Origin: Phoronis australis
Taxonomy: Eukaryota; Animalia; Phoronida
Assembly (NCBI GenBank): GCA_002633005.1
Contig: NMRA01000294.1
Location: 481,999-545,998, forward strand
DNA length: 64,000 bases
Direction: 5' to 3'
Position numbers and translations under genes: made by a program. Below, in pieces: positions 25,259 to 38,258 of this stretch. Position 1 is the stretch's first letter. The number at the start of each line of letters is the position of its first letter. The notes under the pieces were generated by a model. It had not been told where the DNA came from, did no database searches, and was given only the letters and a program-made list of their open reading frames with translations.

Positions 25259-25746
25259 AAGTTATCTATTTATTTAACACAGCGTGTAGCGTTAGTAGCA
25301 CTCTGGTCGAGTACAGGAACAGTTAAATTCTAAAAATACACAATTTTAAAGTCATTATAAGCTTTATTTTCAAGAACTAATTTTGTATAAAATGATCCTT
25401 ATCTAAAAACATACTTTTAAGTTAAAACTGCGGTAACAACGTTTTAATTGCAATCGAATCGTGATTGTTTAACCTGACTGTCTACGATCGTGGCTTTCAC
25501 GTCTAATCCGAAATCTATCGTGTCTTACTCGCTGACTGTGTTTGAAGAAGAAGTGATTGACCTGGATTAGGAGCCCGAGTCCAAGTCGATCACTTTACCC
25601 CTTTGCTGTCAAAATCTACTTGGCAGTGAAGTGGTTGGTCGTCTTGCGAAGGAGCATTTAAGGATACACTCTTTCACAGTGCTACGAAAGGTAGCATGCG
25701 CGCACCCAGGGGTGCTCGAGGGGCTCGAACGAGCCCCCCCCCCCCC

Positions 25747-26333
25747 NNNNNNNNNNNNNNNNNNNNNNNNNNNNNNNNNNNNNNNNNNNNNNNNNNNNNN
25801 NNNNNNNNNNNNNNNNNNNNNNNNNNNNNNNNNNNNNNNNNNNNNNNNNNNNNNNNNNNNNNNNNNNNNNNNNNNNNNNNNNNNNNNNNNNNNNNNNNNN
25901 NNNNNNNNNNNNNNNNNNNNNNNNNNNNNNNNNNNNNNNNNNNNNNNNNNNNNNNNNNNNNNNNNNNNNNNNNNNNNNNNNNNNNNNNNNNNNNNNNNNN
26001 NNNNNNNNNNNNNNNNNNNNNNNNNNNNNNNNNNNNNNNNNNNNNNNNNNNNNNNNNNNNNNNNNNNNNNNNNNNNNNNNNNNNNNNNNNNNNNNNNNNN
26101 NNNNNNNNNNNNNNNNNNNNNNNNNNNNNNNNNNNNNNNNNNNNNNNNNNNNNNNNNNNNNNNNNNNNNNNNNNNNNNNNNNNNNNNNNNNNNNNNNNNN
26201 NNNNNNNNNNNNNNNNNNNNNNNNNNNNNNNNNNNNNNNNNNNNNNNNNNNNNNNNNNNNNNNNNNNNNNNNNNNNNNNNNNNNNNNNNNNNNNNNNNNN
26301 NNNNNNNNNNNNNNNNNNNNNNNNNNNNNNNNN
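25747..26333. other. Assembly gap (inside a hAT-like MITE ending GCCACTG at 26340)
   Basis: Run of N flanked by a poly-C tract and GCCACTG. Confidence 0.95.
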
Positions 26334-29300
26334 GCCACTGTTCAGTACAGGTGGCCCTGTGTCAGAGGGTACATTCAAGGATAGCTTACTGATGGTTGCA
26401 TATGGGAAGAGAGGTACAAGCGAGGATCACAGTGTGGTCCGGAAGAGTTGGACGGACTGAAATTGTCATAGACTTGTTATTTTCATGCCAGCAATACAAG
26501 TTCTTCGGCAGTATGTCAGAAAGAATTTGCACTATAATCCACGTGCAAACGAGGAGTGTTAAAAACATTGAACGGGTGCACCTATATCCGGAGCAACATA
26601 ATCAACACAAGTTTTACTCAAATGTCTAGTATATAGTCGCACGCGCCTAAGTACCGGGCGCAGTGACGAAATTAGGCACATGCGAGGCTATACGGTATAT
26701 GTTTTAATTTTCTACGGGAGTCTTTGGCGACTGTGCTCGCGACCTACTTAGCTTTAGCCAGAGATGTGTCCCCTAGCTTAAACTTGAAGACGGCGGAGAA
26801 CCCGACTCTGAGACCTGGCGTATACTGAGTTCCCGCGGTCTTTGAACAGCTAAAATTCGTGAAACCAAGACATCAAAAAAATTACTATGATATGCTCCTG
26901 ACACAATAGTTTTCCGTCATCGCCATTATTCAGCTAATAACCTACAAAACACGATACTCCTCCCCGTTTAGCTACTGAACACCTTTTAACCAGTTTGCGT
27001 TTTAGATCAAGGAACCCTCAGAACTTTTCAGAAAATGATGAATTTTAATTTTGGTTGTAATTCTCTCATTAATATGTTTTGCCTATTAATTCAATTTTAA
27101 TATAGCATAAAAATAGTTGCAGATGATCTGTGAGTGCATTGAGCCCACCTGAGCAGGTTACTCACGTCTGGTACAACGTGTATCGGACAACTAATTTTCA
27201 AAGTATTAATTCAATTCGTATTAATCAATCGGGGTTTTCTTTAGATAAGGCCGGGGCGTATACTCACAAAACATTGGTCCATGTGTCAAAAGTCAACCCG
27301 GACTTATATTTGGGAAGTGAAACATGTACGTTCACGTGTATTAGTGTTGTTACGATAGCTGGTGCGCAAATTCAAGAGTCAATGCACAACGTTGTCGATA
27401 TATGACATTCCATTAGGAGTTCATTGTTGAGATTAATTGCAGTTATGGTTTTTGTGTCAATTTCCTCCGAAATTGGCTAAAATTTAAAGATTCAAACATT
27501 CATATTTTTCCAAATGTACGCCCATCTGCGGAAAATTCTAATTTTGTACTCCCACTGATACACCCTTCTTCAGGAACTCCGGTGCGTCGATTTAATGAGA
27601 CATTATCGAAGACAAAGTAATTTTCTGAGATTAGCCTCAGTGAGGAATCGAACCTGAAACTCATGCAGTCGTAGTCTAACACTCAGCTGTCGGAGCTTAT
27701 TCTAGTCGCTAAATGACAATGTATTTCATTGGTAGTCACTAACATGAAGTTCAAGGAACGTGTGACAGGCAACGGCAAGAATTTGCAATTTGTAATAAAA
27801 TTACGAAACACAGCGGGTTGTTTTATAGCTCTCATCAAAGCTAACAGCTTCAAGTAATCTATCCCTTTGAACAATTATACATTTATCCAAAAATGCGTTT
27901 TTCGGCCGTAAATAATGTCTGCTGAATAGGTGGTCAATTTTTACGCAAATGTGTTATTTGGCAACCCCATAAGAAATGAGTTGCCTTGGTGGTCAGGCAG
28001 CAAAAAAATCAAGCGCAAGTGTGCACGTGTGCACTCATTTAAATGTCTGTTCACACCAACATTGACTTTCTCGTTAATTTCATTTCAGCCAATTTGTTAG
28101 AGTACTTGACTGCACATGAGCCGTGACCATGCAGTTCACGGCAAATTAGGCAGCCGAGTGCCATACGACACCAGTGTTTGCAAACGCGCCAGGAAGTCTG
28201 CAAGATATTCATATTGAAAAAATTACATTAATTGAACGACAACAGTTTTGTCGCAATGCCAGGATAAAATGGCCATCAAGCTGTGATGTAGTCGCCTATG
28301 CGAGGAGTGTTTGTTTCCCATAATGGGTTATTAATAGACAAGTCCTCGTCTGTGCTGCCTCCTCTCAGGGTGGCTGGCAGGTTAGTAGGTGCTCTGGTGC
28401 GTTCAAACTCCAAACCAACGTACTAGCTGGGCAACTGGGTAAATAGACACCTGAGACAATACCACTTTCGCCCATTCGTCCCAGCTTTTGTGGCCACTTC
28501 TTTCGTTTACCTGCTCGAGACGATACCACCGATACCACTACCATGCAGAATGACATCGTATGGAGGTCGCTAGGTATTGTTTAACTTTGCGAGATCCATT
28601 CGACGGGCGTAAGCGCTTCGCATGGTTATCGCCTGTGGGATACTCCGACTGTTTTTTGAGTCACAATACCCACCGGAGAAGATACTAGAAAGGGCAAAAT
28701 GTTCTTCCGAAGAGCACGTGACAGGAAAATAATATTCACCCTAACCTCAGAGTTCGTGCTGAAGAATCTGTGCATATATGTAGCACCCCTGTATTTCTTT
28801 TTAGTAAGGTGTCAGGTTTATTTATATATTTGTTTATTTATTGAAGTTCTTATACTTTTGAGTTCTTATGCCAGTCTTCTAATCCAATGTCAAATATAGG
28901 AATAGTAAAGAATTACTGTCCCATTTTTCCTGTTCCTTGTTTGTTTTATATTATATTTTTGTATTGTACGGTGGTCTTCACTGAAGCGGCTTTTCCCTTC
29001 GAGGATCTTTGGCATATACACAAATGTGTTTTTTATTATATTTCACTTATTTGTTCAATAAGTTGATAAACATGTTATCTCTGTATCTCCAGCTACGTAT
29101 GAGGACAACGTTTCAGATATGATTAAACCAGATAAGAAGGACGTTGGCGAGATCACGCGCAAGACCACGCAAATGCATGTACCTGAAAGGCAAGTTTTTT
29201 CGAGTTAGATCGAGAGTGACTACAATTGACTAGCAAAATGGCCGCCGTGCCATGATTGGTTGGAGAATCTAGCATATTTGTCATAATATCAATCGAAGAT

Positions 29301-31408
29301 TTCCATTCAATTCTTACTCTAACTTTGCAAAAATACAAACGCTAACTCGACTTATTAAAAACCCTTAAGTTGACATTTTTAGCATTTGTAAACATACTTT
29401 CCCTTTGCTTTCAGGATCATATAGCAGGGAATTTGATGTATAGATCGAAGGATATTATTAGTATTTTGTACGATTACAGCGTTGTATGTAATTGCATTTT
29501 TCTACTATTGGTTTTTCTAACAGCGCAAAATGTGAAGGTTGGACTCACTTACATGTAACTTTGCCGGACAATTGAAAGAGTATCATCTGGGGATAATGTT
29601 CGTCTATGGTGCTTTGCGTTGTGTTTTGTTCCAGTTCAGGATGCGGTTGTATGTGGCTTTATCGATTTCACGCTGCTTGTTCAACACAAATCACGTGACG
29701 GGCCCTAAGTGCACCTTCAAGCTAACACTGGCCTTGGTAATTTGAAAGACACTGTGTTCCGTTTATTAGATTGTTTTTTTCTTTTTGTCTAAATTAAAAC
29801 CATCTGCGTTTGTTTTCGCATCGTTCACCACTCCACTCGGCGTATTTCGATTACTTCGTTGATCGTAATTGCTGAACTATAAAATATTATCGTCCTTCGA
29901 ATTTGCTTTCTTGGTGAGAATGGAGGCAATTTGAAGTTACGCAGTTCGTGTATTTTTATTTGACATTTTCATCCTGAAGATGATCTCAGAATGCAATCGA
30001 AACGTTGGAGCGCCTTGAGCATTCTTGATCTCATCATGTCTTAAAGATTGAAAAATATGACTAGTCATAATTATATATAAAAATCATTTCGGAAAGACCA
30101 TCTGAAATAAGTAGAGTGTAATAATTGGTATAATCAAACAAAAACTCTCTCATAAATTTCTTTGAGCAATATTTTGGTGCTGAGGATTCCTTCAGCATGA
30201 CCTGTTCATCAAGTAAATCTACAACATTTGCCCTGGCTTATCCACGAGGTATATATTCCTGCTCGGAAATGGTGCCTTATCCATGACTTCTGAGAAGTAA
30301 TCCACACTGTCTGATTACAACACCACAAATAGTTTTCGCCCCCAAGATTGGCTCTTGTTCAATTTACATTGATTCATGTGCGAGTCTTATTCAGAGTACA
30401 GCATGATGATCAAAACTAATCATTTGAAAATGATGTTATTGGTAAGACGATGTGCAAGTTTATTTACCCACTTTGCAATTCATTAGCTCGTCATACTGTT
30501 ATGCCGTGTAGTATTTTGTAATTACCACAATCAGGAGCCTTGATTATCTAATAAACAAAGCCATACATCAACTTTTATTAACAGTTCTTCAATCGGTTTT
30601 AAGAAACCAATTGAAGTATGAATACAAACCCGTACATATGGAGTATTTAATCACAAAAAATAAGTAAACTGAGAAAATTGCCAATATTGATTCGTTTTCT
30701 GTATCCCTGCATGGAAAAAGTAAATATTTGGATTAATTTGGTCACATCAGTTTACTGTTAGATATTAACTTTTGCAGCTGTTCTACTCTCAGAAAAATGA
30801 GTTAGATTATTTAGTTTGTAGATAAGGGCTAAATGTAAAATTTTGCAGACAAGGATACCCGCATTCTTTAATTTTAACTATTAAAATACGTAAATCGCAA
30901 ATCAAAAACTTCTAGAAACTTACCGATTTTTGCTGACAATGCCGAGCCGCGTGGCTCATACTGGCGATTGATGACTGAGTCCCTCTAAAATGCATCTCCC
31001 TCTACCGGTGTTCCTAAAAACTAACTCCAGCCCCCTACGTCATGACTGGATTTTGCTTGGCAGTGTTCACATCACTGGACTTTCCGACTTTTTTCAATCT
31101 GTCCATAACTCGATGAACATAATAAAATGTTAAGAGTTAATTCACCTCAAAAGTCCAATAAAAGACCATAGAAACTTTACTCTGCCTTAGTTTTAACCCT
31201 TTCACTTCTACTGGAAAAAGAAGTCCGATTCAGAGAAAGGTGGCAAAAATGCAAAATTGAAACTTTTAAGCCCACAACCAACACTGCCTTTACAATGCTT
31301 CACAAGAGCCACAACTAGATTCTGAAAGGAAATTTTCTACTAAGTTCACAAATACGATCCAATAGTGCTGCCATCCAGTCGGGTATTTTGTAGTCGGGGT
31401 TTTTTTAA

Positions 31409-32136
31409 AGGACAGGCGTCCTCAGCTTCCGATCGTCCCTAATACATGTACACTATACATAATACTACAAAGTATGACACTCGGGACTAGGAATTCCACG
31501 GGTACTTCACTTCAGCCATCCATATCAAACACAAAACTCAATTAATCTAAACAAAACAGGGTTTCAACAAACCATTAGTAATTGTTCTTTCTTCTAATAC
31601 CATTCACGGTGTTCTGCTTCAGCGAGATCGCAACAAATTCGCAGTCAAAGCACAAAAATGTTCCCAAGAAGCCCACGCATTAATGCTCCTTTGATGGTTC
31701 GAGGTCAAGGACGGTACGGAATTATCCGATGAGTTACGGATGGACGGCAATTGCCGGTTCATCACGGAAGGTTACGAAATGGTTTGGCGAAGTGTGGAGT
31801 TATCGAGGTCGTGGCACTCCGTGACAAATCGGCAATTGCCGTACCGTCCTTGACCTCAACCGTCAAAGGAAGACTGATGCGTGGGCTTTTTGGGAACATT
31901 TTTGTGCTTTGACCGCGAATTTGTTGCGATCTCGCTGGAGCAGGACATCGTGAATGGTATTAGAGGAAAGAACAATATGGTTTGTTGAAACCCTTTTTCT
32001 GTGTAAATGTATTGGAATTTGTGTTTGATGTGGACGTCTGAAGTGAAGCACCCGTGGAATTCCTTGTCCCGAGTGTCATACCTTGCAGTATTACATAGTG
32101 TACTGGGGACGATCAGAAGCTGAGAATGCCTGTGGT
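31409..32136. mobile_element. Kolobok-type foldback element with ~320-bp inverted arms
   Basis: TTAA|AGGACAGGCGTCCTCAGCTTCCGATCGTCCC ... GGGACGATCAGAAGCTGAGAATGCCTGTGGT|TTAA. The arms (31409-~31735 and ~31820-32136) align throughout. Confidence 0.85.
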
Positions 32137-35100
32137 TTAAAGCAACCTGGAATTGTATTAGCCTCCTCCATGTCGGTCACTGCACTGCAATGCACCACGT
32201 GCTACACGGAGCCGCCGTTTTGAAGAAAAGGGAATCTGCAGCCTAACTAGTGTTCACACGTACATGCGGCTATACTGAGTTAGACAAGCTATATATAAGT
32301 CTGTCCTGTCTATTTAAGGAGAGATTTTCAGCTTTCACTCACACTGCCTCTCTGGTACCACTATCAAACCAAGAGGTTTTAAATCTTAAAAATGTCTTAT
32401 GTGATTATTGTTTGGTTGGGATATTCTTCTAGTCAACTTAATGACTTTTACCAGAGACAGAAAAACAGCAAACCCTGAAGAGGAGTGATTTTATTAAAAA
32501 TCGCAGTTTGCCGACGCTTGATTAGAGTCACTTCTTTGGTTCCTGTGATAGAATTGAATGCAAGACGCTGTTGTTATGCAGCTTAAAATGACTGAAGGCG
32601 CTGGCGGTGGTGCTAATTAATCAAAAGGCGTAGAGAGAAGCTCTGTTGAATTTTCGTCTTGGTTCATGTTGTATCAAAAACGCTTTATTTTCAATAAACC
32701 GTTGAGGTATCAATCTTGCTTTGTGATAGTTTGTGTAGACACTTGGCGGTGCATTAACTGCCATACGTTGCACAACTTATTGCGCGTTTATGTAGACGCT
32801 TTTCGTTATTAGTGACTGCTAAAATTGTCGCCACCGCTCACAAATAACCAACCACTACTGTGTACCGGGAATTTCTATAAACATTTCTCCCCTAAGCGTA
32901 AGTCCATTTGGGCCTCCTGCAGCCAAAACTATAATTTTCAGGTTAGTCAAAAATGAATCATATTAGCAAACGTCAACCAAAAATGAGGTTTTGTTCGTGT
33001 TTAGTCAGTTATGAGTTCAGTTGGTTATTTTAGATACACTCATCGCTACGTATTTCATGATACAACTTTCCGTTTATAGGACCGTCGTTGTCGAAGGGGC
33101 ATGCACACGTGGGGTTGCATTTGGGTACCGGAAAGGTAAAAAATGTCATACTGTTTACCAAATACGCGGCCTGAGTCTCGCAGTTCAAGGTCTGGTGTCT
33201 AATCTTTTTACTGGGGTTGAACTCGTGGGTAACTGTCAAATCCTAACTTGCACACATGATGACCAAAGTATAAACGCTAAAGGTTCATCTCGGAACTCGA
33301 AATCTCGAGTTTTTACTAGAGTTTATAGCTCCAGTCTATAGATCAAGTGTTAATTAGTCTTTACTAGACACTAAATTAGTTTGTTTAAAACACAATGTAC
33401 TGGATCTTGATTTCTCAAGTACAACGGAACATGTCAAATCTAAGTTTGAGTTCAATTTGGAGTACAACCCATGATCAAAAAGGCAAACTAGCTAATGGCA
33501 TCCGTCAATATAACTCTGACACAATGTAAAAATATCCTTTGATCAATGTACGCCGACGCAACATGCAAACGCTACGGTTAACTGTTAATTCATTTCCTTA
33601 AAGTGATGGCCATTTTGAGTCAAGCTCTAGTAACCTTTATGTATCATTACTTTAACGAAGTTGTTCCACGTAAATGTATAGTCCAATCAATATAATATCC
33701 CATTGTTCATTAATTCTAATGGAAATTCAGCGTGCAACTATTCCCACATGTAGAGCTTAGAAATGAAAGCTGAAAATTGTCTTTAGAGACAGTGTGCCGA
33801 CATAGCTACAGTAAATGCCGTATGTATTTTAAAAATCAGATCACTGTTCCTCGTCCGAATCATGCGCCACTAACCTTGTAGCAGCTTTATAGTAACATCT
33901 GTTTTTACCACAAGGTATATGTAATAAGGTTAAGTGAGCACAGCTGTCCGAGAAAGAGTCGACGCATTAACACTTGTTAAAAACGATTAAGGGTGTTGCG
34001 CAATTTTTCTGTAGCATCTTCTTTCTGTATTCAGCATTTTAACGTTAGGAAAATTCTCTCGCTTTTGTATTATATTAAAAGTAGCTCCTGTTACACCGGA
34101 ATTGCTTATTACAGAAGCGTCACGTGTGGCGAATGAATCGACCACACCAAGTGAAATCTAGCAACCATGCATACGAATGACAATAGTGTTTCACTAGATA
34201 GGCCTCCTTTAAACTGACCCTCCATCATCCATTATAATGATGTTAATGTTGTCTCCCTTCCCCCCATTTGGTGAAGTGGGCAAAAAGGTCCGCCTCAAAG
34301 AAACAAGAAAATCGGAGAAAACGAGACAAAATTCCATTAAAGAGGCGCGAATGCACAATTTATAGGTCTGAACGTGGTACGTTTTTTTAGTCCCCCGTGT
34401 TTTTTGTTAGTAAAAGGACCACGTTACCAAAAAATCGAGCCCCCACCCCTCTATATATCAGGCTGGGTCCGCATGTAGATTAGTATTTTAAAAAATCCAT
34501 GTATAAGTGTTTGCATTGACAACCGCTAGATGGGGTCTCTGCTGTAATTCTCTAAGTGTGTCTTGGCACTGGAGGTTGGAATAAGAGTTTGATCCGCTAT
34601 GACGCCAGCAATTATGTTAGCGTCGCTGTAGCGGATTAAAATGCGAAAGATGAAGAGTATAAGATAAAACGGGGCTCAACACCTTGGTGTGTAGATATGA
34701 CCCTTGAAAGTCTAAGGTAAAGGGATGAATTGATATCGAAATTAAGAAAATGTGGTCGGAGTTCCACATATTCTGAACATAAATGTACATGTATGAAAAA
34801 TGAATCAAAACAGGACATTTTCACGACAAACTAGAAAGTGAGAGAAATGATTCTAGAATTCTTTGCAAGACACTAAAAGATCTGGGATTTGTGAAAATCT
34901 CAATGTCCGTGGGGTAACGTTGGCTGGTTAGAAGGCGGAAAATATATTAAGTTTGATCGATACAAGCTTGCAGATAAACTAAATTATTTTTTACATCTGG
35001 TTTGCTTCATCTAAGAATATATCTAATAGATGGAACGATTTTATTCTAATAACTCCGAATATTTTCTGCTTGAAACAAGAATCTGTAGAGCATGTCCACT

Positions 35101-35414
35101 CAATGTATCCGATGCTTTTGGTTCAGCCAGTATTCCATCCAAGTGTGTCGTCGCCATCACCCATAAAACATGTCATAAATACTCATACTCCGGTGTAATT
35201 CCTGATGATTTAGAGTGGTTCTGCTGCACAAAAAGAGTTCAAAAAGAGTTGTTAGCAATTATGGACCAGTTTCGGCATTGAAGCGACAATAAACGCCATC
35301 TTCTGGTCGGAAAACTGACTTTTGAGTTTACACCACTTACCGTTGTAAATCTGTATAAACTTGTTCTTTACTCGGACTGGGCTTGGAAAGAAGTGAAAGT
35401 TGGTTATTGCTTTA

Positions 35415-35497
35415 GATCAAGCGTCGTAACACGTCACTGTGGATCAAGCGTGATAACACGTCACTGTGGATCAAGCGTGATAACACTTCACTGTGGC
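35415..35497. repeat. 27-bp tandem repeat x3
   Basis: gatcaagcgtgataacacgtcactgtg at 35415, 35442 and 35469. Confidence 0.9.
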
Positions 35498-35783
35498 TCA
35501 TGTCATGGTGTCAAGCACAAGCGTGATAAGTAAACTTGTCACCGTGGCTCATTTTATATGACGAAAATGGTGTCAAGCACAAGCGAACTATCAGTTCTAC
35601 CATAGACTGGAAAACATTCCTCATCAAAATGAAGACTTGATGAACGATTTTAGACCGAATTGCATTAGAAAGTAGTCCAAGTCAAAAGTTACCTTTTGAC
35701 GGCTAAAGACGGTTTATTGCGACTTAAAGTGTGATGCTAAAGATCTGTGAAAGAGTTTTGCGCAAGCAATTGTATGAATACCA

Positions 35784-36321
35784 GCTCAGTTGTGTGAATA
35801 TCTGGTCAATTGTTTCAATATCTGGTCAACTGTGTCAATATCTGGTCAGTGTGTCAACACATGGTCAGTTGTGTGAGTATATGGCCAATTGTGTGAATAT
35901 TTGGTCAATTGTGTGAATATCTGGTTAATTCTGTGAATATCTGGTCAGTTGCGTGAATATCTGATCAATTGTGTGAGTATCTGTTCAATTGTGGGAATAT
36001 TTGATCAATTCTGTATCTGGTCAATTCTGTGAACATTTGGTCAATTGTGTGAATATCTCTACAACTGTGTGAATGTCTGGTCACTTGTGTGACTATCTGG
36101 TCAATTGTGTAAATATCTGGCAACTTGTGTGAATACCTGGTCAATTGTGTATCTGGTCAATTGTGTGAATATCTCTTCAATTGTGTAAACATCTGTTGAA
36201 TTGTGTGAATATCTCTTCAATTGTGTGAATATCTGGCAACTTGTGTGAATACCTGGTCAATTGTGTTAATATCTCTTCAATTGTGCAAACAACTGGTCAG
36301 TTGTGTTAATATCTGATCAAC
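35784..36321. repeat. 20-bp minisatellite (TATCTGGTCAATTGTGTGAA), ~27 degenerate copies
   Basis: Direct periodicity. Confidence 0.92.
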
Positions 36322-36434
36322 TCCAGTCTGTAAACACGTTTTATCAACATTTAGGGAACCATGCTCTACCGACACATGTATTATCCACGTTACTGATTAC
36401 ATACAATCTGAACTTAAACTGAGAAAATTTTGTA

Positions 36435-37025
36435 GAAATGATTCTTTTGGACTTGTAAAAGACTTTTGATATTGTCAATCAAAACACACTCCTTGGAAAA
36501 TCGAGTACAATTGGTCTAAATAACGATGCTTATTTTCTTACAGAAGCATCTCGTTGATTTTCATGGAGAAACTCTAGCCTTGTGAACATTACATATGGGA
36601 TACCACACGGATTCAATTTTAGACCACTTTTATTCCTGTTGTTATTGTTATTGTTATTATTATTGTTAATGATCAGGAATCGGCTGTTGTATACCATTGT
36701 ATGCAAATAATTCTGCACTCTTGATCTGTTGATCTATGGAAAGACGGTGCGTGGTATTGAAAATGCACTTTGGCATATAAAGTTAAATTTGTAAGTAACT
36801 TCTTGGTGGAAAACTTTGTTCCCTTCATTTGGGTAAAAAAAAATCAATTTTGTTGGGTAAAAAGTAAGCTGGAAGTTAATCATATTCTAAACATCACATT
36901 TCACGGTAGTCTGACTCAAAGTAACATATGTATAGCAACATAACATGTATAGGCCAGAAATAGATCAAACTCTAGGTGGATAACCTTCACTGGTTTTAAA
37001 AGATGCCCTAAAATTTTTATGGTGG
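36435..37025 (+). pseudogene. L2-group LINE reverse transcriptase fragment
   Basis: ILLDL*KTFDIVNQNTLLGK; VNITYGIPHG...PLLFL (interrupted by a TTA/TTG microsatellite at 36639-36668); LYANNSAL (YADD-like); SLHLGKKKSILLG; LKFL. Confidence 0.8.
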
Positions 37026-37715
37026 TTCAAAATGTGTGTACCAAAAGATTAAATTTTCTTAAAGGCGCTATTAACCTTGTTCTGGTGGCACAAGCATCAA
37101 TCTTCTTCACGAAAGTATTTCGTTTTCAAAAGCAGCGTCATCGCGTTCCGATCCTTCGCTTAACTTGAAAAGTGTTACAATTAACCGTCTTAACTTCCGG
37201 ACCCCCGACGACTATACTGCATTGAAAACTGAATCTTATCATCTGTGATAAGCAAGTTAACGGACAAGTAGAAACAGCGATCGTGTTCCGTGCTTCTCTT
37301 TAAATGTATAAAAAGTCTACTATGCAGTGTGTTGGAAAAAGCAAAGAAAAACGTTTTTAAGTTATTATTTTTATTAAACATTTGTTGATTTTCCAAATAG
37401 TCAATTATTTCTCAGTAGTTTCCCCAAAATGCTTCCACTTTTTTTTAAAATTGCAATGTTTTGGTTCAATTCATATACAATTAAAACCAATACCTTTTCT
37501 TATACTTTTTGAGAAGAATTTGAGATTAGTCACATATGCAATATGCTGTCGTAATTTCATTTCCGCGATAAAACATAAAGTCATCGTTTCGCTAAAATAA
37601 CAAACTTAGCACAGATTTGAAATCCATTTGCATTAGTTTTCAAATTTTACAATTTCTCAAAATTGATCAATACATGTATACATGGCTGAGATATAAACTC
37701 AAGTCTGCCTGCCGT

Positions 37716-38258
37716 TACCGGTCCCTATATTCCTCCGCCCCTATGTTCCCTGTCCTAATTTTCCTATTCTATGTTTCTCTCTCCCGATATTCTGCCTACT
37801 AGTGATATTTTGGTGCGCCTCAGGTGCCTGAGCCCAGCCATGTGTGCCCAATTGGTAAATCGCTTAACTTTCAGAGAAAATACGCATTATATACTGTATG
37901 TCGCATGCGTGTGCTTACGTCTTGCAAGTAGGTCTCTTAAGATAATAATATATAAGACTATGTATAATACTGGGTTCTACTTAAATGATGAAGATAATAT
38001 TTGGTTGATTTTTTTGGAAAATCAAGTAAAGCAATTTATTAAAGGTGGTGGCAAATCCAGTTTGTTTCACCTTCAATTTTTCATTTTCCAAAACACAAAA
38101 TTGACTCCCGATATATAGAAAATATGGGTAGGGCCAGGTGAGCGTGGGGGCGGGGTAACAAAAGGCCGGGGGAACACCTTGACGGGGGGAATATCGGAAC
38201 CGGGGAATATTGGTTGGGGAACATAGGGAAGGGGTAACATGGGGAGCGGGGAACAATT
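37716..38258. mobile_element. Foldback-type MITE with inverted subterminal repeats
   Basis: Left CCCTATGTTCCC-type repeats and right GGGAACATAGGG-type repeats; duplicated at 43643-44149. Confidence 0.55.

Larger units (their letters stand above)
24651..26695 (+). mobile_element. Decayed pogo/Tigger-type DNA transposon with nested insertions
   Basis: Termini CAGTATATAGTCCCGCA / TGCGAGGCTATACGG-TA with repeated AATTAGGCRCATG. Remnants TFKLK..NCNR..CLRSW (~25410-25495, BrkDBD-like), FEEEVID(W) (CENP-B HTH-like), FKDSL and VVRKSW (26373-26451). Confidence 0.5.

Noticed and set aside
25631-26460. Long ORFs of 218-254 aa (also 42782-43742 and 14324-14647)
   Set aside because: They consist of N-gap translations.
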